Positions 1 to 8,617 of a stretch of 64,000 bases of DNA are shown here, piece by piece. The translations under genes and the position numbers were made by a program. Location of the stretch: the NCBI GenBank assembly GCA_963934845.1, contig CAWWAG010000008.1, forward strand, positions 10,358-74,357, read 5' to 3'. Every line of letters starts with the position of its first letter. The stretch's first letter is position 1. Origin of the DNA: an uncultured Halioglobus sp. (GTDB taxonomy: Bacteria; Pseudomonadota; Gammaproteobacteria; Pseudomonadales; Halieaceae). The notes below the pieces were generated by a model. The model was not told where the DNA came from, ran no database searches, and saw only the letters and a program-made list of their open reading frames with translations.

Positions 1-1
1 T

Positions 2-214
2 CGTCGACTGATAATGGAAAGATGGGCTCCAGCTATAGGGCTTAAAGTCCGTGAGGCCCGATTGACGCTGGCAGATTTGGACAGCGCTGAGGAAGTCTTC
101 TACAGCAATAGCCTACAAGCGGTGAGATCAATCTCCAGTCTAGGTACTAAAGCTTGGACTAATTACCGCGTGTGTGATGCGCTGTTTCAACAGTACCTGG
201 ACGATTTGGCATGA
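2..214 (+). CDS. pabC: aminodeoxychorismate lyase (class IV aminotransferase fold), C-terminal fragment; gene begins upstream of the window
   Basis: Frame is open from the window edge to TGA at 212-214. The tail (..EEVFYSNSLQAVRSI..) resembles PabC C-termini. It has an ATGA overlap with mltG and sits in the conserved pabC-mltG-tmk-holB order. Confidence 0.7.
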   Translation, partial: RRLIMERWAPAIGLKVREARLTLADLDSAEEVFYSNSLQAVRSISSLGTKAWTNYRVCDALFQQYLDDLA

Positions 215-1242
215 GACAAAAGTTAGTCGTATTCTTTCTAGCCCTGATGGTACTGGGCGCTTGGTGTGTCGGTGAGGTACGGCAGCGCTGGGCCGCACCG
301 TTACAGATAACAGAGCAAGGATTTACGCTCGTGGTGGAGCCGGGGGACTCGCTGCGAAAAGCGCTTGATACCTTACACAACGCGGGCGTCCTGGCTTACC
401 CACGGTTAGTCGCGCTCTACGGCAGATGGACGGGCTTGGATCAACAGATCAAACGGGGAGAATATCTCCTGCCACAAGACGCCACCGCTGAATCCATGCT
501 TATGATGCTGCACCGCGGCGACGTTGTTCAATATCAAGTTACGCTGCCCGAGGGAATTACGCTGGGAACAGCTCTCGATATACTCGCAGAGCAAGAATAC
601 CTCAATCTTATACTGACTGGGCCGGACGACTCAGAAATTCTCCAGCTGATTCAACCTCAGTCTCACCCAGAGGGACTATTTTTTCCCGATACTTATCGCT
701 ATACCCGTGGCGACTCGGATTTAAGCATTTTACAGCGCGCGCATTCCGCTATGCTCACCGTGCTTGAGGAGGAGTGGCAGCAACGTGAAATGTCGGTACC
801 CTATGATAGTTTGTATGACGCATTGATTATGGCGTCCATTATTGAACGGGAAACTGGTCTGATTGAAGAGCGGGAACAAATTTCGGGTGTGTTCAAGCGT
901 CGATTGGAAAAAGGGATGCTACTGCAAACGGATCCGACAGTGATCTACGGTCTGGGAGATGAGTTTGATGGCGATTTGCGACGTCGACATCTCACGCAAG
1001 ACAGTAATCCTTATAATACATACCGCCTTCCCGGGTTGCCGCCCACACCGATTGCTCTGCCTGGACGGGCTGCCATTCATGCGGCGCTGCATCCCGACTC
1101 CGGTAGCTCGCTGTATTTCGTCGCTAGAGGAGATGGCGGCCATGTCTTCAGTAACACTTTGAAAGAACACAATCGAGCCGTACGAGAGTACCAGCTGCAG
1201 CGCAAGAAAAACTACAGATCTACACCGGAGGCGTCCCACTAG
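211..1242 (+). CDS. mltG: endolytic murein transglycosylase MltG (YceG family)
   Basis: 343 aa with an N-terminal TM helix (LVVFFLALMVLGAW). YceG-type motifs are present (IIERETG, LQTDPTVIYG, YNTYRLPGLPPTPIA). Synteny with tmk and holB supports the call. Confidence 0.9.
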   Translation: MRQKLVVFFLALMVLGAWCVGEVRQRWAAPLQITEQGFTLVVEPGDSLRKALDTLHNAGVLAYPRLVALYGRWTGLDQQIKRGEYLLPQDATAESMLMMLHRGDVVQYQVTLPEGITLGTALDILAEQEYLNLILTGPDDSEILQLIQPQSHPEGLFFPDTYRYTRGDSDLSILQRAHSAMLTVLEEEWQQREMSVPYDSLYDALIMASIIERETGLIEEREQISGVFKRRLEKGMLLQTDPTVIYGLGDEFDGDLRRRHLTQDSNPYNTYRLPGLPPTPIALPGRAAIHAALHPDSGSSLYFVARGDGGHVFSNTLKEHNRAVREYQLQRKKNYRSTPEASH

Positions 1243-1243
1243 C

Positions 1244-1897
1244 ATGAACGCCAGAGGTTTTTTCATTACGATGGAGGGCGGGGAGGGGGTCGGCAAATCT
1301 ACCAACCTTGCTTTCCTCGAGCGCCTTTTGACTGACGGGGGTGTGGAAGTTGTCGTCACGAGAGAGCCCGGTGGCACGCTGCTAGGTGAAGATATACGTC
1401 AGCTACTGCTGCAGGTTCGCAGTGAAACAGTGAGTGCAGAAGCGGAGTTGTTACTCATTTTTGCGGCACGTGCGCAACATATCCATGAGTTGATAGAGCC
1501 TGCTCTGGCATCAGGGAAGACGGTCTTAAGCGATCGGTTTACCGACGCGACCTATGCATATCAGTGCGGCGGCAGGAGGCTTGACCAGCAGGCGGTAGAG
1601 CAATTGGAACAACTGGTCCAAGGTGATTTGCGCCCTGATTACACGATTTTGCTCGATGCACCTATTGAAGTAGGAATGGTCCGGGCACGCGATCGCGGAG
1701 AATTGGACCGCATTGAACAGGAGACCATGTCATTTTTTGAGCGAGTCCGGCAGGCCTATTTGCGGCAGGCGAACACGCACAGCGGCCGCTACCGAATTAT
1801 CGATGCAGCGCAACCTCTGGGTGAGGTGCAGAAATCGTTGGTCAATTTCAGCAGTGAGTTACTGTCACGTTGGAACTCGAGCAAAGAAGAATTGTGA
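1244..1897 (+). CDS. tmk: thymidylate kinase
   Basis: 217 aa with P-loop FITMEGGEGVGKST and a DRF motif (LSDRFTDATYAYQ). Sits in the conserved position between mltG and holB. Confidence 0.93.
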   Translation: MNARGFFITMEGGEGVGKSTNLAFLERLLTDGGVEVVVTREPGGTLLGEDIRQLLLQVRSETVSAEAELLLIFAARAQHIHELIEPALASGKTVLSDRFTDATYAYQCGGRRLDQQAVEQLEQLVQGDLRPDYTILLDAPIEVGMVRARDRGELDRIEQETMSFFERVRQAYLRQANTHSGRYRIIDAAQPLGEVQKSLVNFSSELLSRWNSSKEEL

Positions 1898-2880
1898 TGG
1901 CATTGAGCGAGCTACCGCCGATTAGTGCACCATTGCCCTGGCATGAGCAGGAATGGGCGCTGCTGAATCAGCAATTGAAAGAGGAACAGTTATCTCACGC
2001 GTTGCTGTTCGTCGGTAGGCAGCACACAGGGAAGTCACAATTGGCCATGGCGCTGGCAAGGCTGCTGTTATGCGCGAATCCGGTGGACTCGCTAAATTGC
2101 GGCAAGTGCCATGCCTGTGAGCTGAGTGCAAGCGGTGGACACGGTGATTTCCTGTGGGTGACACCCGGCGAAAAGAGTCGAGTCATTAAAATCGACCAGG
2201 TGCGCGAGGTGGTGCGCTTCACCAATAAGACCGCGGGGTTCGGCCTGCGCAAAGTTATCGTGCTGGCGCCCGCAGACAGTATGAATGTGAACGCATTTAA
2301 CGCGCTATTGAAATCGCTGGAGGAACCTGCCAGAGATACCCATTTAATTCTGGTGTGTGATCATATGCATGGCGTTCCGGCGACTATTCGTTCCCGATGT
2401 CACACACTGCACCTGTCGACTCCCGATACAGAAACTTCGTTGGGATGGTTGGAGCGCGCCACTGGGCAGCGAGAGCAGAGCGAGCAACTGCTGTCATTGA
2501 GCGATGGGCTTCCTCTACTGGCAAGAGAGCTATACCGCAGCGGTGGCGCCGAGGAGCTAGCGGCAAGACGTCTCGCGTTAGAGGACTTGATCACGGGACG
2601 TCTCACTGTGCACCAGGCCTGTGCTTTGTGGAATGAGTTGGAGACGAGTGTGATTCTTGAACACCTGACAGCAGATCTACAGAGACTATTGGGATCACTG
2701 CCACTGGAACAGTTGCGCACCAAACAGGCCCATATGCTCTTCAGACTGCTGGATGAGGTGTCGCAACTGCGGCGAGCGGTGAGCGCTGGATCTAATCCCA
2801 GCAAGCAGCTGTTGGTGGAGGCGTTGTTGTCAAAAGTGCATAGACGTTTGGGTACCGACCTTCTTGGTGATAGTATCTGA
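1897..2880 (+). CDS. holB: DNA polymerase III delta-prime subunit
   Basis: Degenerate P-loop GRQHTGKSQLA and a Cys module CGKCHACELSASGGHGDF as in HolB. The start is placed at the ATG in the TGATG overlap with the tmk stop. The track ORF begins 27 nt earlier, at 1870. Confidence 0.85.
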   Translation: MALSELPPISAPLPWHEQEWALLNQQLKEEQLSHALLFVGRQHTGKSQLAMALARLLLCANPVDSLNCGKCHACELSASGGHGDFLWVTPGEKSRVIKIDQVREVVRFTNKTAGFGLRKVIVLAPADSMNVNAFNALLKSLEEPARDTHLILVCDHMHGVPATIRSRCHTLHLSTPDTETSLGWLERATGQREQSEQLLSLSDGLPLLARELYRSGGAEELAARRLALEDLITGRLTVHQACALWNELETSVILEHLTADLQRLLGSLPLEQLRTKQAHMLFRLLDEVSQLRRAVSAGSNPSKQLLVEALLSKVHRRLGTDLLGDSI

Positions 2881-2903
2881 GCGCGAACTGGAGATCCTGG
2901 CGT

Positions 2904-3257
2904 ATGAATGATACAAAACAAAACAGCCGCAATGGGATATTGTCGCTCACCATCAAAGACAAAGCCGTGTTGTACTCAGCATACATGCCCTTTCTGGACA
3001 ATGGCGGGCTCTTTGTTCCTACTAACAAGACCTACGATATTGGTGATGAAGTCTTCATGCTGTTGACGTTGATGGATGAGTCGGAAAAAATTCCGATCTC
3101 CGGCAAAGTTGTTTGGGTGACGCCTCGTGGCGCACAGGGAAACCGCACGGCTGGTATTGGCGTTCAGTTCAGTGACCAGGACGCGGCCGCTAACGCTAAA
3201 ATCGAAAACCACCTGGCTGGTTCGCTGTCTTCGGATCGGCCCACGCACACGATGTAG
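2904..3257 (+). CDS. pilZ: type IV pilus assembly protein PilZ (PilZ domain)
   Basis: 117 aa. ILSLTIKDKAVLYSAYMPFL..GGLFVPT and GIGVQF match the Pseudomonas-type PilZ. The location directly after holB is the same as in Pseudomonas. Confidence 0.8.
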   Translation: MNDTKQNSRNGILSLTIKDKAVLYSAYMPFLDNGGLFVPTNKTYDIGDEVFMLLTLMDESEKIPISGKVVWVTPRGAQGNRTAGIGVQFSDQDAAANAKIENHLAGSLSSDRPTHTM

Positions 3258-3548
3258 TGTAAGCGGCTGATGTGATTCCTGTACAATTTTCGCTATCTAT
3301 TTGAAAAAATAAATACTTTAAAAAAATGGGGTCCCAGAGGAGCCCGCCAAGACCGTTAGGAGTAAAACATAAAGGAATTGCTTCCTGAAAAGAGCATCGG
3401 AATGCTCCCTGTGACTGCCCTTTTGAGCTAGGGGATGGACAGCCACCTGCTCAGTATCGTCTATAATGAGTATTTCTTTACACTTACCGTCTTATTTACT
3501 GAAAAACTTGGCTGCATAAACAATCACTTTTAATTTGAAATCAATCAA

Positions 3549-4607
3549 ATGACACATCCTACCGAGTTTCTCACTGGCGTTATTGAAGGTTTTTATGGGC
3601 GTAGTTGGTCCTTTGACACCCGGTTGGCCTATGCGGACTATCTGGCCGAAGCCGGGTTAAATACGTTTCTTTATTGCCCCAAAGGTGATTTGTACCTGCG
3701 CAGCCGCTGGCAAGAAGATTGGCCTGACACTGAGTCGCGAGACCTTCGTCAGCTGTCTGCAGCGTATAAACAGCGGGGTATTAACTGGGGTGTTGGGCTC
3801 TCCCCGGTGGAGCTCTACCGAAATTACGGTAGACCAGAGCGGGACGCGCTTAGGCGCAAAGTGGCGCGACTGGGTGAGTTAGATGCGCCTATCATGGCGA
3901 TCCTGTTCGATGATATGCCCGGTGATATGGCCGCGCTTGCGACGCGCCAGGCCGAGATCGTCGCCGATGTCTGTGAATGGCTGCCGGGGGTGCGTATGCT
4001 GGTGTGTCCGACCTACTATTCGTTTGACCCTGTATTGCAGAAGTACTTTGGGGCAATGCCTGCAGATTACTGGCCGCAATTGGGTCGGGCGTTACCGCAG
4101 GAGGCATCGATCTTCTGGACAGGAAACAAGGTGTGTTCTGATTCGATCGATACCGACGATATCGACGCCATAGTGCAGCAATTGGCCCGCCCAGTTGTCT
4201 TGTGGGATAACTATCCCGTCAATGACGGAGCGGTGCGAAGTAACTTTCTTTTTACCAGGAAATTGGCAGCAAGGTCGCCGGATCTGCGGCCATTTCTGAG
4301 TGGTCATTTGTGCAATCTTATGAACCAGGGACTTTTGTCCCTGCCTGCCCTGAGTGGTCTGGCGGAGCTTTATGGTGCCGGCAGACTCGATGATGCTGCC
4401 TTAGCCCAGATACTGGGTCCGGCCACTTGGGAGAGGGTGGTGCGAGACCGCGACGTGTTTCAGTGTGAAGGGCTCTCCGGGTTAGGCGCGCAGCGCTGCC
4501 AGCGACTCGCCGCAGAATACGAGGCACTCGCTGGCCCCGCAGCTGAGGAAGTGGCGCAATGGTTGAAAGGAGGGTACAGCTTCGATCCGGCTTGTTTAAC
4601 CGCCTGA
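3549..4607 (+). CDS. glycoside hydrolase family 84 (O-GlcNAcase / beta-N-acetylglucosaminidase-like), catalytic domain only, no signal peptide
   Basis: 352 aa with GH84 hallmarks: GVIEGFYGRSW near the N-terminus, catalytic Asp pair in ILFDDMPGD, CPTYY, WTGN and WDNYPVND. Confidence 0.7.
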   Translation: MTHPTEFLTGVIEGFYGRSWSFDTRLAYADYLAEAGLNTFLYCPKGDLYLRSRWQEDWPDTESRDLRQLSAAYKQRGINWGVGLSPVELYRNYGRPERDALRRKVARLGELDAPIMAILFDDMPGDMAALATRQAEIVADVCEWLPGVRMLVCPTYYSFDPVLQKYFGAMPADYWPQLGRALPQEASIFWTGNKVCSDSIDTDDIDAIVQQLARPVVLWDNYPVNDGAVRSNFLFTRKLAARSPDLRPFLSGHLCNLMNQGLLSLPALSGLAELYGAGRLDDAALAQILGPATWERVVRDRDVFQCEGLSGLGAQRCQRLAAEYEALAGPAAEEVAQWLKGGYSFDPACLTA

Positions 4608-4850
4608 AGGCACACTGCGTCCCGCACAATTTCCGGGAGGCCCGCTTTAACGCTGTTTTGCTATAGTTGTTCTGGTCGCCGGTTCAGCAAGCCTTTCTGG
4701 CGGTTGAACCGAGGCAACCTTTATGGCAGAATCAGCGCCCTTATGACAGTCCACAAATTTTTGGCTGTCGATAATGAAAAATTATCTTTAATCAATACGT
4801 TAACTAGAGCTTGTCGGGTTATTTCTATCTAGCTAATGGCTGTTTTTTAT

Positions 4851-4935
4851 GCGGAAGTGGCGAAATTGGTATACGCGCTGGATTTAGGTTCCAGTACCGC
4901 AAGGTGTGAGAGTTCGAGTCTCTCCTTCCGCACCA
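4851..4935 (+). tRNA. tRNA-Leu (anticodon TAG)
   Basis: 85-nt cloverleaf with acceptor GCGGAAG/CTTCCGC. The anticodon stem CTGGA/TCCAG has loop TTTAGGT. There is a long variable arm, a T arm GAGAG-TTCGAGT-CTCTC, and an encoded CCA end. Confidence 0.93.
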
Positions 4936-5033
4936 TACTTATGAGGGTAGGCACCATGGTTTTAGCGTGGTGATGTTGACCAACGTGCGCGCGCCGAATG
5001 CGCCTGATAGCAATCGAATGATGAGGAAATACT

Positions 5034-6350
5034 ATGCGGGTATCAATTGAAACGACGTCGAGCCTGGAGCGTCGCTTGACCGTGGGTGTACCCGCTGAGC
5101 GCGTGGATATCGAAGTTGCCAACCGCCTGCAAAAAGCCATGCAAAATGTTCGTCTTCCCGGATTTCGCCCTGGCAAGGTGCCTATGAAGGTTATGCGCCA
5201 GCGCTACGGTGCTGGTATTCGGCAGGAAGTTGTAGGTGAAGTGGTAAACCAGTCGTTCCGGGAAGCGGTTATTCAGGAAAAACTACGTCCTGCTGGTCAG
5301 CCCAGTATTGAGTCAAAGAATATGGAAGAAGGTAAGGAGTTGCAGTATGTGGCTACCTTTGAAGTCTTCCCCGATGTCGAATTGGTGGATATGAAGAATT
5401 TTGAGATAAAAAAGGTCGCGGCTGAGGTTAAGGCCGAAGATATTGACATCATGATTGACATTTTTAGAAAGCAGCAGGGCAGCTGGGATGCGGTTGAGCG
5501 TGCGGCGGCTTTGGCTGACAAGGTTAATATCGACTACGTGGGTACACGTGACGGTGAAACGTTTGAGGGGGGAAGTGCCCAGGGCAGTGATCTGGAATTG
5601 GGCTCTGGTCGTATGATATCCGGATTCGAAGATGGTATCGTCGGTATGACCTCAGGCGAGGAGAGAACGTTGCAACTGATCTTTCCTGACGAATATCACA
5701 ACGAGGAGTTGAAGGGGGCTGCGGTAGAGTTCAAGGTTACTTTGAACACCGTCCAGCAACAGACCCCGGCAGCGTTGGATGACGAGTTGTTCGCCAAATA
5801 TGGCGTGGAAGAGGGCGGCGAAGCGCAGTTTCGTAAGGAAGTCGCCGACAATATGTCCAGAGAACTTAAAAATGCTATCCAATCAAAGATTAAACAGCAG
5901 GTTATGGATGCGATCCTGGAGGCCCACAAAGGTCTGGAAGTCCCCAAATCCCTGATTGATCAAGAAGTTAGAGGTCTGCGCAACCAGATGTTTCAGCAAT
6001 ATGGTAATTTGGGCGGTCTAGAGAATCGGAATCTGGACCTGGAGTCTTTGCTACCGGACAGCATGTTTACAGAAAATGCAGAGCGCAGGGTTAAACTGGG
6101 TTTAGTGTTGGCGGAGTTCATTGCAAAGAATGCATTGAAGGCTGATAGCGATAAGGTGCGTGAAGCTATTGAAGAGATGGCATCCACCTACCAGGATCCT
6201 CAGGAAGTGATCGATTATTACTATTCCAACCAGCAGCAACTTTCTGCGGTTGAATCGAAAGTTTTAGAGGACCAGGTGGTTGAAAACCTACTTGCCAAGG
6301 CCCATATAGTAGTAAATGAGTGTGACTATCAGGAAGCTATCAACCAGTAG
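5034..6350 (+). CDS. tig: trigger factor
   Basis: 438 aa. The N-terminus MRVSIETTSSLERRLTVGVP parallels E. coli Tig. The GFRPGKVP ribosome-binding signature is present. Belongs to the tig-clpP-clpX-lon block. Confidence 0.95.
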   Translation: MRVSIETTSSLERRLTVGVPAERVDIEVANRLQKAMQNVRLPGFRPGKVPMKVMRQRYGAGIRQEVVGEVVNQSFREAVIQEKLRPAGQPSIESKNMEEGKELQYVATFEVFPDVELVDMKNFEIKKVAAEVKAEDIDIMIDIFRKQQGSWDAVERAAALADKVNIDYVGTRDGETFEGGSAQGSDLELGSGRMISGFEDGIVGMTSGEERTLQLIFPDEYHNEELKGAAVEFKVTLNTVQQQTPAALDDELFAKYGVEEGGEAQFRKEVADNMSRELKNAIQSKIKQQVMDAILEAHKGLEVPKSLIDQEVRGLRNQMFQQYGNLGGLENRNLDLESLLPDSMFTENAERRVKLGLVLAEFIAKNALKADSDKVREAIEEMASTYQDPQEVIDYYYSNQQQLSAVESKVLEDQVVENLLAKAHIVVNECDYQEAINQ

Positions 6351-6433
6351 TGCACTGAAAACGGTCATGGGCTGTGGCGCGGTAGTTACCTCGTCGCGAT
6401 CTGGAACAAAAAAACAACCTGGGGATAGCGCAA

Positions 6434-7096
6434 ATGCCAATTCAACTCGACGGGCAAGATAGACACAAGGTCAGCAGTTTGGGACTGGTTCCCATGGTTG
6501 TGGAGCAGACAGCACGCGGTGAGCGCTCCTACGATATTTACTCCAGGCTATTGAAAGAGCGCGTGATCTTCGTGGTGGGTACAGTTGAAGATTACATGGC
6601 GAATCTTATTGTTGCGCAACTTCTGTTTCTGGAGTCCGAAAATCCAGATAAAGATATCCATTTATATATCAATTCGCCTGGCGGTTCAGTTACTGCTGGC
6701 CTGTCAATCTATGACACTATGCAGTTCATAAAACCTGACGTTAGCACAATGTGCATAGGCCAGGCCGCTTCTATGGGTGCTTTCCTGTTGTCTGGTGGAG
6801 CCAAGGGTAAACGCTTCTGTCTCCCCAATGCCCGCACCATGATTCATCAGCCCAGCGGCGGCGCGCAGGGACAAGCCACTGACATCGAGATTCAGGCCAG
6901 GGAGATATTGATTATTCGTGAGCGACTCAATCAGTTAATGGCAGAACACACGGGGCAGCCCCTCGAGACGATTCAGCGCGACACAGAGCGTGATCGCTTT
7001 ATGAATGCGGAACAAAGTAAGGAATATGGGCTTGTGGACGAGGTGATTGCCAGCCGTGCAAACGCTGCAAAAATTCCCGAGAATAAACCCAAATAA
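6434..7096 (+). CDS. clpP: ATP-dependent Clp protease proteolytic subunit
   Basis: 220 aa with catalytic Ser in [11 protein letters not shown] and His in MIHQPSGG. Synteny supports the call. Confidence 0.95.
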   Translation: MPIQLDGQDRHKVSSLGLVPMVVEQTARGERSYDIYSRLLKERVIFVVGTVEDYMANLIVAQLLFLESENPDKDIHLYINSPGGSVTAGLSIYDTMQFIKPDVSTMCIGQAASMGAFLLSGGAKGKRFCLPNARTMIHQPSGGAQGQATDIEIQAREILIIRERLNQLMAEHTGQPLETIQRDTERDRFMNAEQSKEYGLVDEVIASRANAAKIPENKPK

Positions 7097-7199
7097 CGTG
7101 ATTTAGTTCCTTTTGGGACTTGCAAACACCCCTAAAAAACATCATCGTGGGATTGTCTGATGACGTAACGGGCACACTTTAATGGCGTAGGAAAGCTGG

Positions 7200-8489
7200 A
7201 TGAGCGATAAAACCACTAAAACGGGTGACGATGGCAGTAAACTGCTGTACTGCTCCTTCTGTGGCAAGAGCCAACACGAGGTCCGTAAACTGATTGCCGG
7301 GCCTTCGGTCTTCATTTGCGATGAGTGCGTTGATCTTTGTAACGATATCATCCGCGAAGAGGTGCAGGAAAACAGCGGCGGAGCCAAGCAAGATCATTTG
7401 CCTGTGCCGCACGAAATCAAAGGCATCCTCGACGAATACGTCATAGGCCAACAGCGTGCAAAGAAGGTATTGGCAGTCGCCGTCTACAATCACTACAAGC
7501 GCCTACGCCACAGTAAAGGTCGCGAGGGTGTTGAACTCGGCAAGAGCAACATTCTGTTGGTGGGCCCAACAGGTAGTGGCAAAACGCTGCTGGCCGAAAC
7601 CTTGGCTCGTCTTCTTGATGTGCCCTTCACCATTGCTGATGCCACGACGCTCACCGAGGCGGGATATGTCGGTGAGGATGTCGAGAATATTATTCAAAAA
7701 CTGCTGCAGAAATGTGACTACGATGTTGAGAAGGCCCAGGTGGGTATTGTTTACATCGATGAAATTGACAAAATTTCACGCAAGTCTGACAACCCGTCAA
7801 TAACCCGTGATGTTTCGGGTGAGGGTGTACAGCAGGCATTACTCAAGCTGATTGAGGGCACCATTGCTTCGGTGCCGCCTCAGGGTGGTCGCAAGCACCC
7901 GCAACAGGAATTCCTGCAGGTCGATACCTCTAATATTCTGTTTATCTGCGGCGGAGCGTTTTCCGGGCTGGAGAAGGTGATCCGAAACCGCTCGGAAAAA
8001 GGCGGTATCGGTTTTGGCGCGGAAGTGAAAAGTAAGGACGAAAAGCGCAATGTCGGTGAGCTACTATCACAGTTGGAGCCTGAGGATCTTGTGCACTACG
8101 GCCTGATACCTGAGTTTGTCGGTCGTCTGCCCGTCATTGCCACGCTGGAAGAATTGGATGTAGAGGCCCTCGTTCAAATATTGACAGAACCCAAGAATTC
8201 TTTAACCAAGCAGTACAGCAAGCTGTTTGAGATGGAGGGAGTAGAAATAGATTTTCGCGAAGATGGCTTGCGCGCCATCGCTGAGAAGGGTATGGAGCGC
8301 AAAACGGGAGCCCGGGGTTTGCGCTCAATTCTGGAGGGAGTACTTCTGGAATCCATGTACAACATTCCATCCCTGGAAAATGTTAGCAAGGTCGTTATTG
8401 ATGAATCGGTAATACGCGGCGACTCTGAGCCCCTGCTGGTCTATCAGAACAGCGAGCCGGTCGCCCGAGTAGCCTCTACTGACGATTAG
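7200..8489 (+). CDS. clpX: ATP-dependent Clp protease ATP-binding subunit ClpX
   Basis: 429 aa with zinc finger [27 protein letters not shown] and Walker A GPTGSGKT. Confidence 0.96.
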   Translation: MSDKTTKTGDDGSKLLYCSFCGKSQHEVRKLIAGPSVFICDECVDLCNDIIREEVQENSGGAKQDHLPVPHEIKGILDEYVIGQQRAKKVLAVAVYNHYKRLRHSKGREGVELGKSNILLVGPTGSGKTLLAETLARLLDVPFTIADATTLTEAGYVGEDVENIIQKLLQKCDYDVEKAQVGIVYIDEIDKISRKSDNPSITRDVSGEGVQQALLKLIEGTIASVPPQGGRKHPQQEFLQVDTSNILFICGGAFSGLEKVIRNRSEKGGIGFGAEVKSKDEKRNVGELLSQLEPEDLVHYGLIPEFVGRLPVIATLEELDVEALVQILTEPKNSLTKQYSKLFEMEGVEIDFREDGLRAIAEKGMERKTGARGLRSILEGVLLESMYNIPSLENVSKVVIDESVIRGDSEPLLVYQNSEPVARVASTDD

Positions 8490-8617
8490 TGTAAAGCCGC
8501 CGTGCACAACGGTGTTTGGCAAAGTAGGGCTGTTTCGGGACTGTACATTTGTTTCTGTGAGGACGCCTCCGAGTCCACACCCTATAACTCCACATTCTAT
8601 AAAACCCGGAGATTAGT

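Noticed and set aside
3258-4935. tRNA-Leu-associated genomic islet carrying the GH84 gene
   Set aside because: The gene lies on the 5' side of the tRNA, there is no integrase, and I found no convincing direct repeat of the tRNA 3' end. The best candidate is an 8/10 match near 4620. Only the AT-rich flanks remain as weak evidence; they are described in the findings.
8490-8617. Sigma-32 heat-shock promoter upstream of lon
   Set aside because: CACCCTATAACT loosely resembles the CCCCATnT -10 element. No CTTGAAA-like -35 is present at the right spacing, so the evidence is too weak to annotate.
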